NCBI GenBank assembly: GCA_043823745.1
Contig: JBDRAN010000016.1
Coordinates: 1,243-65,242 of the forward strand
From: Candidatus Omnitrophota bacterium
Lineage (GTDB): Bacteria; Omnitrophota; Gorgyraeia; Duberdicusellales; 4484-171
Direction: 5' to 3'
DNA: 64,000 bases
The translations under genes were made by a program, and so were the position numbers. The notes beneath the pieces are model-generated. The model did no database searches, was not told the DNA's origin, and saw nothing but the letters and a program-made list of their open reading frames with translations. Below are positions 45,940 to 55,800 of this stretch, one piece after another (position 1 is the stretch's first letter; the number at the start of each line of letters is the position of its first letter).

Positions 45940-47256
45940 ATGAAAAGATTTTTCCTTGTAGTGTTGGCACTGGGTGCGCTGCTGTGTAGCGTGGGTGCGC
46001 CGGTATTTGCGCAGGAGGCTGCGGCCGTGATTGATACCGGCGATACGGCTTGGATCTTGATTTGTTCGGCGCTTGTTCTCCTAATGACTCCGGCGCTGGC
46101 ATTTTTCTATGGTGGTATGGTCAGAAAGAAAAATATGCTGAGTGTTCTGATGCAATGTTTCATTATTATGGGTGTGTTGAGTATTCAGTGGGTACTCATC
46201 GGTTATAGCTTATCTTTTGCTCCCAGTAATGGCTTTTGGGGAGGATTAAAGTGGTTTGGTTTAAACGGAGTAGGACTTACCCCGTATGCGGATTACGCGG
46301 GAACCATTCCACACCAGGCGTTTATGATCTTTCAGGGAATGTTTGCCATTATTACGCCGGCACTTATTATTGGTGCGTTTGCCGAGCGCATGAAGTTTTC
46401 GGCATTCCTGATATTTACGGTCTTATGGGCGACTTTTGTGTACAATCCGTTGTGCCATTGGGTTTGGGGTATCGGCGGCTGGCTGAGGAATTTAGGTGCG
46501 CTTGATTTTGCCGGCGGGACGGTGGTGCATATTAATGCGGGTATTGCCGCCCTGGTTACCGCGTTAGTTATCGGGAGGCGTAAGAATCTTGATACCAATA
46601 CTCCAACGCCGCACAATATTCCCTTTGTCGTGCTGGGTACGGGTCTTTTGTGGTTTGGCTGGTTTGGTTTCAATGCCGGCAGCGCTCTCGGTGCCAACGG
46701 TATTGCGGTGAACGCGTTTGTAGTGACGAACACCGCCGCGGCTGCCGCAGCATTAAGTTGGGCATTCTTAGAGTGGATTCGTAACGGCAAACCGACGATG
46801 TTTGGTGTTGCCTCCGGTGCGGTTGCCGGACTTGTTGCTATCACTCCTGCAGCAGGATTTGTGAGTGTGATCCCGGCTATTGTGATAGGATTATTGGTAA
46901 GCGTTTTTTGTTTTATCGCCGTAAGCATCATAAAACCAAAACTTGGGTACGATGATTCGCTCGATGCGTTCGGTGTCCATTGCGTAGGTGGAATCTGGGG
47001 CGCGCTGGCTACCGGTTTATTTGCCTCCAAGCTCGTCAATCCGGCTGGCGCTGATGGTTTGTTTTTCGGAAACCCTAAACTGTTCCTGATCCAGCTTCTT
47101 ACGGTAGTGATTACTATCGTGTACACCTTTATTGTTACCTTTGCGATCTACAAGTTAATCGACATCTTTATGGGTGTCCGCGTCGGCGAGAAAGATGAGC
47201 TTATAGGCCTCGATCTTACGCAGCACCGGGAGAGGGCGTATACCGTTTTAGAGTAG
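45940..47256 (+). CDS. amt: ammonium transporter (Amt family) with signal peptide
   Basis: Signal peptide, 11 TM helices, and the Amt signature region (…DFAGGTVVHINAGIAALV…). Confidence 0.85.
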   Translation: MKRFFLVVLALGALLCSVGAPVFAQEAAAVIDTGDTAWILICSALVLLMTPALAFFYGGMVRKKNMLSVLMQCFIIMGVLSIQWVLIGYSLSFAPSNGFWGGLKWFGLNGVGLTPYADYAGTIPHQAFMIFQGMFAIITPALIIGAFAERMKFSAFLIFTVLWATFVYNPLCHWVWGIGGWLRNLGALDFAGGTVVHINAGIAALVTALVIGRRKNLDTNTPTPHNIPFVVLGTGLLWFGWFGFNAGSALGANGIAVNAFVVTNTAAAAAALSWAFLEWIRNGKPTMFGVASGAVAGLVAITPAAGFVSVIPAIVIGLLVSVFCFIAVSIIKPKLGYDDSLDAFGVHCVGGIWGALATGLFASKLVNPAGADGLFFGNPKLFLIQLLTVVITIVYTFIVTFAIYKLIDIFMGVRVGEKDELIGLDLTQHRERAYTVLE

Positions 47257-47316
47257 CCGTTGGACGTGAGACGATGGACGTTCGCTCGCACGGCGCTTGT
47301 TGCGCCAGGCTCGCTT

Positions 47317-47386
47317 GGACGAGGGATGAAGGACGAGGGATGATGGACGAGGGACGAAGGACGCAATACTCAATACTCAATACTTT
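47317..47386. repeat. short tandem repeats (ggacgagggatga x3-4 then caatact x3) in the amt-glnK spacer
   Basis: Directly visible: ggacgagggatgaaggacgagggatgatggacgagggacgaaggacg caatactcaatactcaatact. Confidence 0.75.
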
Positions 47387-47413
47387 AACTAATGTTAACA
47401 AAAAGGAGTCATC

Positions 47414-47755
47414 ATGAAACTTATCATTGCTATCATCCAGCCGTACAAATTAGAAGAGGTAAAAGAAGAATTGTATAAATCAGAAGTCAATCTTGTTACG
47501 GTCAATGAAGTTCTTGGTCATGGCCGCCAGAAAGGAGTAACCGAAGTCTATCGCGGTGCCAAGGAGACAGGAAATCTTTTGCGTAAGATTCGCCTTGAGA
47601 TCGCGGTAAACGATAATTTTGTCGAACCAACCGTCAAGGCAATCGTTAAAGGGGCAAAAACAGGGGAGACTGGAGACGGCAAGATCTTCATCCTCGATCT
47701 TAAAGAATGCGTGCGTATCCGCACCGAGGAGCGCGGGTCCGCGGCGATTGGGTAA
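47414..47755 (+). CDS. glnK: nitrogen regulatory protein P-II (GlnK-like), copy 3
   Basis: MKLIIAIIQPYKLEEVKEEL…RGAKE(T-loop)…GDGKIFILDLKECVRIRTEE. 113 aa. Confidence 0.85.
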   Translation: MKLIIAIIQPYKLEEVKEELYKSEVNLVTVNEVLGHGRQKGVTEVYRGAKETGNLLRKIRLEIAVNDNFVEPTVKAIVKGAKTGETGDGKIFILDLKECVRIRTEERGSAAIG

Positions 47756-47817
47756 ATAATCTTGTTCTTTTAAAACTCTTCGCGTGTAGTACAATATTTA
47801 TGAGAGTCGTGTAATCT

Positions 47818-48215
47818 GCGGCACCCGGCTTAATTGGAATAGCCGGTACGCACTTTCTGTGCGGCACCCGGCTGAATCGCACCCGGCGCTTAATATACCT
47901 GGCGCTAAACGGTATGGCGCCAGTATTGCCCTTCTGGGCAAGAATTGCGCCGGTAGCGCACAAAGCGCATACTCGTCCTTCCTTTGAGGCGAGGTATGTA
48001 TGCTTGTGCGTTAGAATAGCCGGTACGCACTTTTTGTGCAGCACCCGGCTTAATCGGTATAGCCGGCACCTTGCCTTTAGTGCACCCGGCATAATCGGAT
48101 ACGCCGGTGTACGCTTTTGCGTTAGATCGGCAAGTGCAGCTTTTCTGGCTAGTGCGCAATTTCTGTGCAGCATCCGGCTTATTTGGAATAGCCGATGCGC
48201 ACTTTCTGTGCAGGG
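47818..48215. repeat. tandem array (about 5 units, several degenerate or interrupted) of a roughly 43-bp double-hairpin element, REP/BIME-like
   Basis: Unit GCACCCGGCTTAATYGGWATAGCCGGTRCGCACTTTYTGTGCR recurs head-to-tail at about 47821, 47864 (split by a roughly 120-bp insertion), 48041, 48086 and 48169. Each unit contains CCGGCT…AGCCGG and GCAC…GTGC inverted repeats. Confidence 0.6.
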
Positions 48216-48225
48216 AGGATTGTGC

Positions 48226-48675
48226 ATGATTGTGGATCGTTTGGAGAACGCGGAGATGTATCTTGGTCTCCATCCTGCTTTTGAAAAAGCCTTTGAGTTT
48301 CTGCGCCGCGCCGGCCTCAGCGCTTATGCTGACGGTCGCTATGAAATAGAAGACGGGCGTATATTTGTTCTTGTTTCATCGAATGAGCCTAAAGGAAAGG
48401 GTAAAGTGTTGCTTGAGGCGCATCGGAAGTACCTTGATATCCAGGTCTCTCTGGATACCCTCGATTGTATCGGGTATAAGCCTTTAAGCGATTGTAGGCA
48501 TTGCGCTCAGGGGTATGATGCGGCGCGGGATTGTGAGTTTTTCTCCGATGCGGTGGTATCATGGTTTGAGCTTGATCGAGGATCCTTTGCTGTCTTTTTT
48601 CCTTCTGATGCCCACGCGCCCCTGGCAGGCGTTGTGCCCGTGCGAAAGGCAGTCATAAAGGTTCCGGTATGGTAG
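48226..48675 (+). CDS. YhcH/YjgK/YiaL-family protein (DUF386, TabA-like)
   Basis: MIVDRLENAEMYLGLHPAFEKAFEFL… typical N-terminus of this family. 150 aa. RBS gggagga. The track ORF start 47914 runs through the repeat array and is rejected. Confidence 0.6.
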   Translation: MIVDRLENAEMYLGLHPAFEKAFEFLRRAGLSAYADGRYEIEDGRIFVLVSSNEPKGKGKVLLEAHRKYLDIQVSLDTLDCIGYKPLSDCRHCAQGYDAARDCEFFSDAVVSWFELDRGSFAVFFPSDAHAPLAGVVPVRKAVIKVPVW

Positions 48676-48874
48676 TATGTTTTCAACCGGCTTCTAAGTA
48701 ATAGTCGTAAGCGCTAATCTCTTTTTTCTAATCATGGCCCGTTTGGCTCTGGGGTTGGGGATAGGGGGGTAACCGTAAAAATTTAAAACAATGCTTTGAT
48801 TTTTTTAAACGTGTGGTAAAATAATAACAATCAACTGAAGTAGGGTATAGCGATACCTCTTTTGAGGATGCGAG

Positions 48875-49051
48875 ATGCCAAAACATAGCAGTAAGTTTGC
48901 TAAATTTTTTAAGAAAAACGGAAAAATGCTAGTGCTTGGACTAATATTTATTATCGTTGGGATAGTAGCTTTTCTTGCCTTTCAGGAAGATAATGCGCTT
49001 AAAAGCCAGAACCAAGAGGAAGCTAAGGTGATTGTTATTCGTAAGTGGTAG
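48875..49051 (+). CDS. possible small membrane protein (58 aa), not in ORF track
   Basis: Manual translation MPKHSSKFAKFFKKNGKMLVLGLIFIIVGIVAFLAFQEDNALKSQNQEEAKVIVIRKW with one TM helix. No RBS is evident. Confidence 0.25.
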   Translation: MPKHSSKFAKFFKKNGKMLVLGLIFIIVGIVAFLAFQEDNALKSQNQEEAKVIVIRKW

Positions 49052-49310
49052 TCTTTACAGGGTGCGGGTTGGTAAAAGTGCCTCGCGTGGTTACCAAACG
49101 CGACCCTTTTTTACTTGTATGGTAAGATGGTAACCGCGGGCACAGAGTAGTGTTTGCGGGAGTAAGGCAGGCAAATGCAAGAACGAAGGCGTTCAGGTAG
49201 CCGTAGGTAAGGCTAAAAGAACGCTTTTTTTATTATGTGGCAACAAGAGTCACGGGGGCAATAAGCCGTCGTAAAGGTAAAAAAAGTTCATTATTTCTAG
49301 GAGGTGTACA

Positions 49311-51506
49311 ATGGCAGTACGACAAGAAGCATTATTCAGGATAAAAAGCACGGATTTAGCAAAAGTAGAGGTGCCTAAAAAAGTTTCGACCTATTATGGT
49401 GAAAATACTTTCAGCGTCGAGACGATGCAGAAGCATATCTCTAAAGAAACGTTTGAGGCGTTTAAGGTTTGGATGGCGGAAGGAAAAACGATCAGCCTGG
49501 AGCAGGCCAACGAAATCGCTGACGCCATGAAAGAGTGGGGTCTTGCGCGGGGCGCAACGTATTATACGCATTGGTTTCAGCCCATGACCGGCCTGACTGC
49601 CGAGAAGCATGATAGTTTTATTTCTGTTACCAGCCAGGGTAAAGTTATCGAAAAATTTTCCGGTAGTAAACTTATTCAGGGTGAGCCCGATGCAAGCAGT
49701 TTTCCTTCAGGCGGTATTCGTGCCACATTTGAAGCGCGCGGGTACACCGCATGGGATCCTTCAAGTCCCGCGTTTATTATCGAGAGTAAACTCGGTAAAA
49801 CGCTCTGCATCCCGACAATTTTCATTTCGTATCATGGAGAAGCTCTTGATCAGAAGCTGCCGCTTCTTCGTTCCGATGACGCGTTGAGCAGGTCAGCCGT
49901 CGAGTTGTTGAGGCTCTTTGGTCATAAGGATGTAACCAAGGTATTTTCCACTTGCGGACCCGAGCAGGAATATTTTTTAATCGACAAGCATTATTACGAT
50001 TTACGTCAGGATCTGGTGATGACGGGTAGGACTTTGATGGGAGCGCCTTCACCGAAGGGCCAGCAACTTGAGGATCAATATTTTGGTACCATCAAGGAGC
50101 GCGTCGTCAATTTCATGTTTGAAGTGGCAGAGGAGGCGTATAAGCTGGGTATTCCGCTGATGACGCGTCACAATGAGGTTGCTCCGCATCAATATGAATT
50201 TGCGCCGATTTTTGAAGAATCAAATCTCGCTGCGGATCATAATCAACTACTTATGGACTTAATGAAGAAAGTCGCTCTTCGTCACAATCTCGTGTGTCTG
50301 TTGCACGAGAAACCATTTGCGGGTATTAATGGAAGCGGAAAGCATTTAAACTGGTCACTTGCGGATAATAACGGCAATAATCTTCTCAATCCCGGTAAAA
50401 CCCCTGAAGATAATCTACAGTTTCTCGCGGTGCTGGTTGCGGTTCTGCGTGCAGTCTACCTGCATGCCGATCTTCTGAGGGCAAGCGTCGCTCTTGCGGG
50501 AAATGAGCATCGCCTTGGCGCTAATGAAGCGCCTCCGGCAATAATCAGCGTGTTTTTGGGCGAGCAGCTTTCGGCAATTTTGGACGTGATTGTCAAAGGC
50601 ACCAAGAAAGAAATCTCTAAACACGGAGTCGTTGACCTGGGCCTGGCGCGTCTTCCGCGGTTCGATAAAGACATGACCGATAGGAATCGCACTTCACCGT
50701 TTGCCTTCACCGGTGCTAAATTTGAATTTCGCGCTGTCGGATCCTCTCAGAATATTTCAACCTCCATTACCGTTATTAACACCATCGTAGCGGAAAGCCT
50801 TGATTATGTAGCGCAAAAAATTCGCAAGAGCTCCGCCGGCAAGAAGAATTTCAATGTAGCGGTTATGCAGGTTATTGCAGAACTTGCCAAGGAGACCGAA
50901 AAGATTCGTTTTGAGGGCAATAACTATGCTCCGGAGTGGGTTACGGAAGCAAAAAAGCGCGGACTTCCCAATGTGGCGTCAACCTGTGAAGCGCTCAAGG
51001 CGCTTATCAAGAAAGAAAATATTGCGCTCTTTGAGAAATGCAAGATTTTCACCGAAGAGGAGGTCGTCGCGCGTTACCACATCTGGTTGCATACCTATGC
51101 GTTGGTCATTGAGATTGAGGCGAGCACGCTCAACGAAATGGTTAATGCCAGTGTCGTGCCTTCGAGTCTTGAGTACGCAAAGTTGCTCGAAGACAATCTT
51201 ACCGCTCTTATCCAGCTGACAAAAAGCGCTAAGCTTAAGATAGAAAAGGGCGCGCTTGATGATCAGCGTGAACATTTATGCGAGGTAGTTTCTAAAATCT
51301 ACTATGTCAGGCGTAATACAAAAGCTCTCATTGCAATGCTTAAGAAAGCCGCAGCATTTGGTGGGGAGGCTAAAGGTAAGCTTTATTTCAGCGAGCTTAA
51401 GCCGCTTATGGAGCATATCAGAAGACACGTTGATGATTTAGAGTGCGTAATTTCTGATGAACACTGGGATTTGCCTAAGTATCGCGAAATGCTCTTTATA
51501 CAGTAA
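49311..51506 (+). CDS. glnN: glutamine synthetase type III (GlnN)
   Basis: 731 aa (GSIII size class) with GSIII N-terminal and catalytic-domain sequence (…NGSGKHLNWSL…). RBS aggagg. Confidence 0.8.
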   Translation: MAVRQEALFRIKSTDLAKVEVPKKVSTYYGENTFSVETMQKHISKETFEAFKVWMAEGKTISLEQANEIADAMKEWGLARGATYYTHWFQPMTGLTAEKHDSFISVTSQGKVIEKFSGSKLIQGEPDASSFPSGGIRATFEARGYTAWDPSSPAFIIESKLGKTLCIPTIFISYHGEALDQKLPLLRSDDALSRSAVELLRLFGHKDVTKVFSTCGPEQEYFLIDKHYYDLRQDLVMTGRTLMGAPSPKGQQLEDQYFGTIKERVVNFMFEVAEEAYKLGIPLMTRHNEVAPHQYEFAPIFEESNLAADHNQLLMDLMKKVALRHNLVCLLHEKPFAGINGSGKHLNWSLADNNGNNLLNPGKTPEDNLQFLAVLVAVLRAVYLHADLLRASVALAGNEHRLGANEAPPAIISVFLGEQLSAILDVIVKGTKKEISKHGVVDLGLARLPRFDKDMTDRNRTSPFAFTGAKFEFRAVGSSQNISTSITVINTIVAESLDYVAQKIRKSSAGKKNFNVAVMQVIAELAKETEKIRFEGNNYAPEWVTEAKKRGLPNVASTCEALKALIKKENIALFEKCKIFTEEEVVARYHIWLHTYALVIEIEASTLNEMVNASVVPSSLEYAKLLEDNLTALIQLTKSAKLKIEKGALDDQREHLCEVVSKIYYVRRNTKALIAMLKKAAAFGGEAKGKLYFSELKPLMEHIRRHVDDLECVISDEHWDLPKYREMLFIQ

Positions 51507-51643
51507 ATACGAGAGACTGCTCCTGGTGCGTCAAGCCATCTTGCATGGGAACCTATGGCACCGGTATTGCTGCAAAGGGTTGACGTGCCAATTCTTTAGA
51601 CGCCCCTACGGACTCCATGGTTTACCATTGGTGATCGATAGCC

Positions 51644-52342
51644 ATGATTCTTTTTTTAAAGCATGCCCTTACGGAAGGACCGGGGTTGTTGGGCGATTTT
51701 TTCGCTCAAACATCGTGGTGCCGGCATACGGTCGAACTTTGGGATAAGCAGCCGTTGCCGGAACTTTCTGAGTGTGAAGCTATTGTAACTCTCGGCGGCC
51801 CCATGAATGTTTACGAAACGAAGAAACTTTCGTTTCTTGCGGCTGAGGAGGTTTTTTTGCGTGATGCGGTTACTCAAAGAATTCCGGTTCTGGGAATTTG
51901 TCTGGGAGCGCAGCTTTTAGCAAAAATAAGCGGCGCCAACGTGATGCGTGCGCCAGAGCAGGAAATTGGCTGGTATAACGTGAGCCGGACCGAGCAGGGA
52001 AGAGCTGACGCGCTTCTTGAGGGTTTACCGGATTCTTTTGAGGTATTCCAGTGGCACGCGGATACTTTTACCATACCGCCGGATGCTTCTTTGATTGTGA
52101 CCGCGGATGTATGTAAGCATCAGGCTTTCCGTGTCGGACATACTGCCTGGGGTTTGCAATTTCATCCGGAAATGACTCAGCCGATGCTTGCCGAGTGGCT
52201 CACCAGGTGTCCTGACGGTTATGACGCGCAATTGATTATGAGTGATTATCTAAGAAAAAAAGATTCTTATCAGCGGTGCGCACAGGTGTTATTTTCTAAT
52301 TTTGCGCGTAGCATCATGCATCGTACCGCGGTTAATAATTAG
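51644..52342 (+). CDS. class-I (type 1) glutamine amidotransferase-like protein
   Basis: Catalytic Cys elbow GICLGAQLLA and a His region (FQWHAD…FHPE). Confidence 0.65.
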   Translation: MILFLKHALTEGPGLLGDFFAQTSWCRHTVELWDKQPLPELSECEAIVTLGGPMNVYETKKLSFLAAEEVFLRDAVTQRIPVLGICLGAQLLAKISGANVMRAPEQEIGWYNVSRTEQGRADALLEGLPDSFEVFQWHADTFTIPPDASLIVTADVCKHQAFRVGHTAWGLQFHPEMTQPMLAEWLTRCPDGYDAQLIMSDYLRKKDSYQRCAQVLFSNFARSIMHRTAVNN

Positions 52343-52377
52343 TTTTTTATCCCACGTTGCTCAATCCATAGGCATTT

Positions 52378-52754
52378 ATGATTACATTGTTAGTCATTGA
52401 AGACGAGCGTCGAGTATATGACCTGCTTTCATCCACGTTGAAGGAGCAGGGATATTCTTTTATTGACCAGCCGCACAGTGGCGGCGTTATTAAGCTGATT
52501 AAAAAACCCAAATGCGCCGAAAGACGCTTATTGGCGAGCGCATGATGGAATTTAAGAATATTGCATTGCAGCAGAGGGGCGCTGAATTATACCGGGCTAC
52601 GATCGAAGATATCGAGAAAACACTGATTGAATCGGCGCTTGAACATACCGAGGGGAATCAACGTAAAGTAGCGCGCACCGTGGGGATAAACCGTAATACG
52701 TTGTGTACGAAAGTAAAAAAATTTGCTATTCAGTCAGAGCAGTGGAGAACGTAA
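52378..52754 (+). pseudogene. remnant of a sigma54-dependent (NtrC-family) response regulator: 55-codon receiver N-terminus then frameshifted Fis-type HTH, central AAA+ domain absent
   Basis: Frame 1 (52378..52544) gives MITLLVIEDERRVYDLLSSTLKEQGYSFIDQ…. The overlapping frame (52512..52754) gives …LIESALEHTEGNQRKVARTVGINRNTLCTKVKKF, which is the NtrC/Fis HTH_8 consensus. No sigma54-activator ATPase motifs (GAFTGA, Walker) lie between them. Confidence 0.5.
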
Positions 52755-52872
52755 TAGTTTGTTAATGAACCGCAAGCTTCAGGTTTCAAGACGCAGGCTA
52801 CGAGATACAGAACGGATGCAAAAACTTTTTAAGCTTTTATCCTGCAGCCTGCAGCAGTAATTTAATAAAACT

Positions 52873-55800
52873 ATGGGCTACAACCATTTCCCCAAACCAC
52901 AAGGCCTATATAACCCTGAATACGAGCATGATTCGTGTGGGGTAGGTTTTTTGTGTAATATTAAAGGCAAAAAAACTAACTATGTGGTGCGGCAGGCGCT
53001 TGAGGTATTACGTCGTCTTTCGCATCGCGGCGCGACCGGAGCTGATCCTAAAACCGGAGACGGCGCCGGCGTGCTCATGCAAATGCCGCATGAGTTTTTT
53101 AAGAACGTATGCGAAGGCGCCCGTATTGATTTGCCGGACTTTGGATTGTACGGAACCGGCCTTATCTTTTTACCCACCGAATCGGGCGAGCGGGAATTGT
53201 GCAAGAAAATTTTTGCACGGATTGTTAAAGAGGAAGCTCAAGAGTTACTCGGTTGGCGCAGCGTGCCGGTTGATAATACTACCATCGGCAAAACAGCGCG
53301 TTCAATCGGGCCGGCTATCGAGCAAGTTTTTATCGCCAGAAACAAGGTGATCCGTGATCAGCTTTCCTTTGAGCGCGTTCTCTATGTTATCCGAAAGAGA
53401 ATAGAAAATGAGGTTCTTGCATTACGAATGTCCCAGCAATCATTTTTTTACATCACTAATCTTTCAAGCCGCACATTCGTATATAAAGGCCTTCTTATGC
53501 CTGATCAGCTTGAGGGTTTTTTCCTTGATTTAAAAGATCCTGCCATAGTCAGCGCTTTGTGTTTGGTGCATTCTCGGTATAGCACCAATACTTTTCCTAC
53601 CTGGAATTTGGCTCAGCCGTTTCGTTTTCTGGCGCATAACGGTGAAATCAACACGCTGCGCGGCAATATCAATTGGATGCGTGCACGAGAAAGCTTGCTT
53701 GCAAGTTCATTGTTCGGCTCCCGTCTTAAAAAGTTGCAGCCTTTCATCGTTCCTGGCGGCAGCGATTCTGCAGCCATCGATAATATTTTTGAGCTTTTAA
53801 CCCTTTCCGGTAAAGATCTTGCTGGAGCAATGATGATGCTTATCCCGGCAGCTTGGGAGCAAAACGATCTTCTTAACAAAAAGGTTCGCGATTTCTACCG
53901 GTATCATGCCTGCTCTATGGAACCCTGGGACGGTCCTGCGGCGATCGCGTTTACCGACGGCACGCGGGTGGGCGCGGTACTTGACAGAAACGGTTTACGT
54001 CCCGCACGATATATTATTACGAAAGATGATTTTGTGGTGATGGCGTCAGAGATGGGAGTGCTTGATATTAAACCGGAGGATATCCTTGTTTCCGGAAGGC
54101 TCCAGCCCGGTAAGATGTTTTTTATTGATACCGAAGACGGCCGTATCATTGAGGATCAAGAAATAAAAAAACGAGTAGCTGCGCGGAATCCTTACGGAGC
54201 GTGGCTTACGGATAACGTTGTTGCACTGGCAACGTTGCCGCCCGCTCCATCCACACTAAAAGTTAAAAACGCGAAAGCCATGCTTGCGGCTTTTGGATAT
54301 ACGCGGGAGGATTTAAAAATTATCATCAAGCCCATGGCAGAAGAAGGTAAAGAACCGATCGGTTCAATGGGCAACGATATTCCGCACGCAGTATTGTCAA
54401 AGAATCCGCAGCTTTTGTATACCTATTTTAAGCAGTTATTTGCGCAGGTGACTAACCCCGCGATTGATCCGATCAGGGAAGAGTTGGTTATGAGCCTTGA
54501 AAGCTATATCGGTGCACAAAAGAATCTTTTGGATGAAACGCCCGAGCATTGCCGGAAATTTTATGTGCGCAACCCTATCTTAAGCAACGCGGATGTTGCT
54601 AAAATAAAACGTATTCGGACTGGGGGATTTAAGACAAAAACAGTTTCCATTTGTTTTGCGGCCAAGCGCTCCGGTGATCTACACCGGGCACTCGTGGGTA
54701 TCTGTCGTCAGGCTACATCGGCGATAAAGGAAGGGTTTACGTTTCTGGTGCTCAGCGACCGCGGTGTTGACGAAAAACATGCGGCGATTCCGACTCTGCT
54801 TGCGCTCTCGGCGCTTCATCAGCACTTAGTACGTAAATCATTGCGTAGTCGCATAGGTATTATTATTGAAAGCGCGGAGCCGCGCGAGGTTCACCATTTC
54901 GCGCTTTTATTTGGATACGGCGCCGGCTGCATTAATCCGTATGGCGCCTACGAAGCAATTAAACTCATGATCACCCAAGGCGATATTTCTGCGGATGGCC
55001 GGGAGGCAGAAGAAAACTATGTCGAGGCCGTTAAGACCGGGATCATGAAGATTTTATCTAAAATGGGTATTTCGACCCTGCAAAGTTACCGCGGCGCGCA
55101 GATATTCGAGGCATTAGGAATCCATCAGGATGTTATCGATGAATGTTTTACCGGTACCGCCTCGCGTATCGGAGGTGTTGATTTTGACATAATTGAGCGT
55201 GAAGCGTTGTTGCGCCATGCCCGGGGGTATGGCATCAAGAATGATGACGAATTCGTAAGTGGCGGACTTTATCAATGGCGCCGTGACGGGGAGTTTCATC
55301 TCTGGAATCCGGAAAGTATCGCATGCCTACAGGATGCTACGCGGCTCAATAGTTTTGCAAAGTACCAGGAGTTTAGCCGGCTCATTAACGATCAATCAAA
55401 AAATCCCACCACCATACGCAGCCTTTTTAATTTTAAGAAACAAACTCCTGTTTCGATCGAGGGTGTAGAACCTTTCGAAGATATTTTTAAGCGTTTTGCC
55501 ACCGGCGCCATGAGCTTCGGTTCAATATCGAAAGCTGCACATGAAACTCTGGCGATCGCGATGAATCAGTTAGGCGGAAAATCGAATACCGGTGAAGGTG
55601 GGGAAGACCCGGCGCGGTTTGTTCCGCTTGCCAGCGGTGATTCGGCGCGCAGCGCGATAAAACAGGTTGCCTCGGGCCGTTTCGGGGTTACCACGAATTA
55701 TCTGGTGAATGCCGACGAGCTGCAGATAAAAATAGCTCAAGGTGCAAAGCCCGGCGAGGGCGGGCAACTTCCGGGGCATAAGGTCAGCGCGATTATTGCG

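Noticed and set aside
46332-47126. 264-aa minus-strand ORF
   Set aside because: It is entirely antisense to the well-supported ammonium transporter gene and is a low-complexity Pro/Ala/Thr-rich translation, so it is a shadow ORF.
47818-48215. Possible CRISPR array (repeated roughly 43-bp units)
   Set aside because: The units are contiguous and degenerate, with no regularly sized unique spacers. The units themselves differ at many positions. No cas genes occur in the window, so a REP/BIME-like tandem array is the better explanation.
47700-48273. Minus-strand ORFs of 175 and 122 aa, and the 47914 plus-strand N-terminal extension of the YhcH-like gene
   Set aside because: All run through the hairpin-repeat array and translate to repetitive Cys/Arg/Ala-rich sequence. 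The YhcH-family homology and an RBS begin only at 48226.
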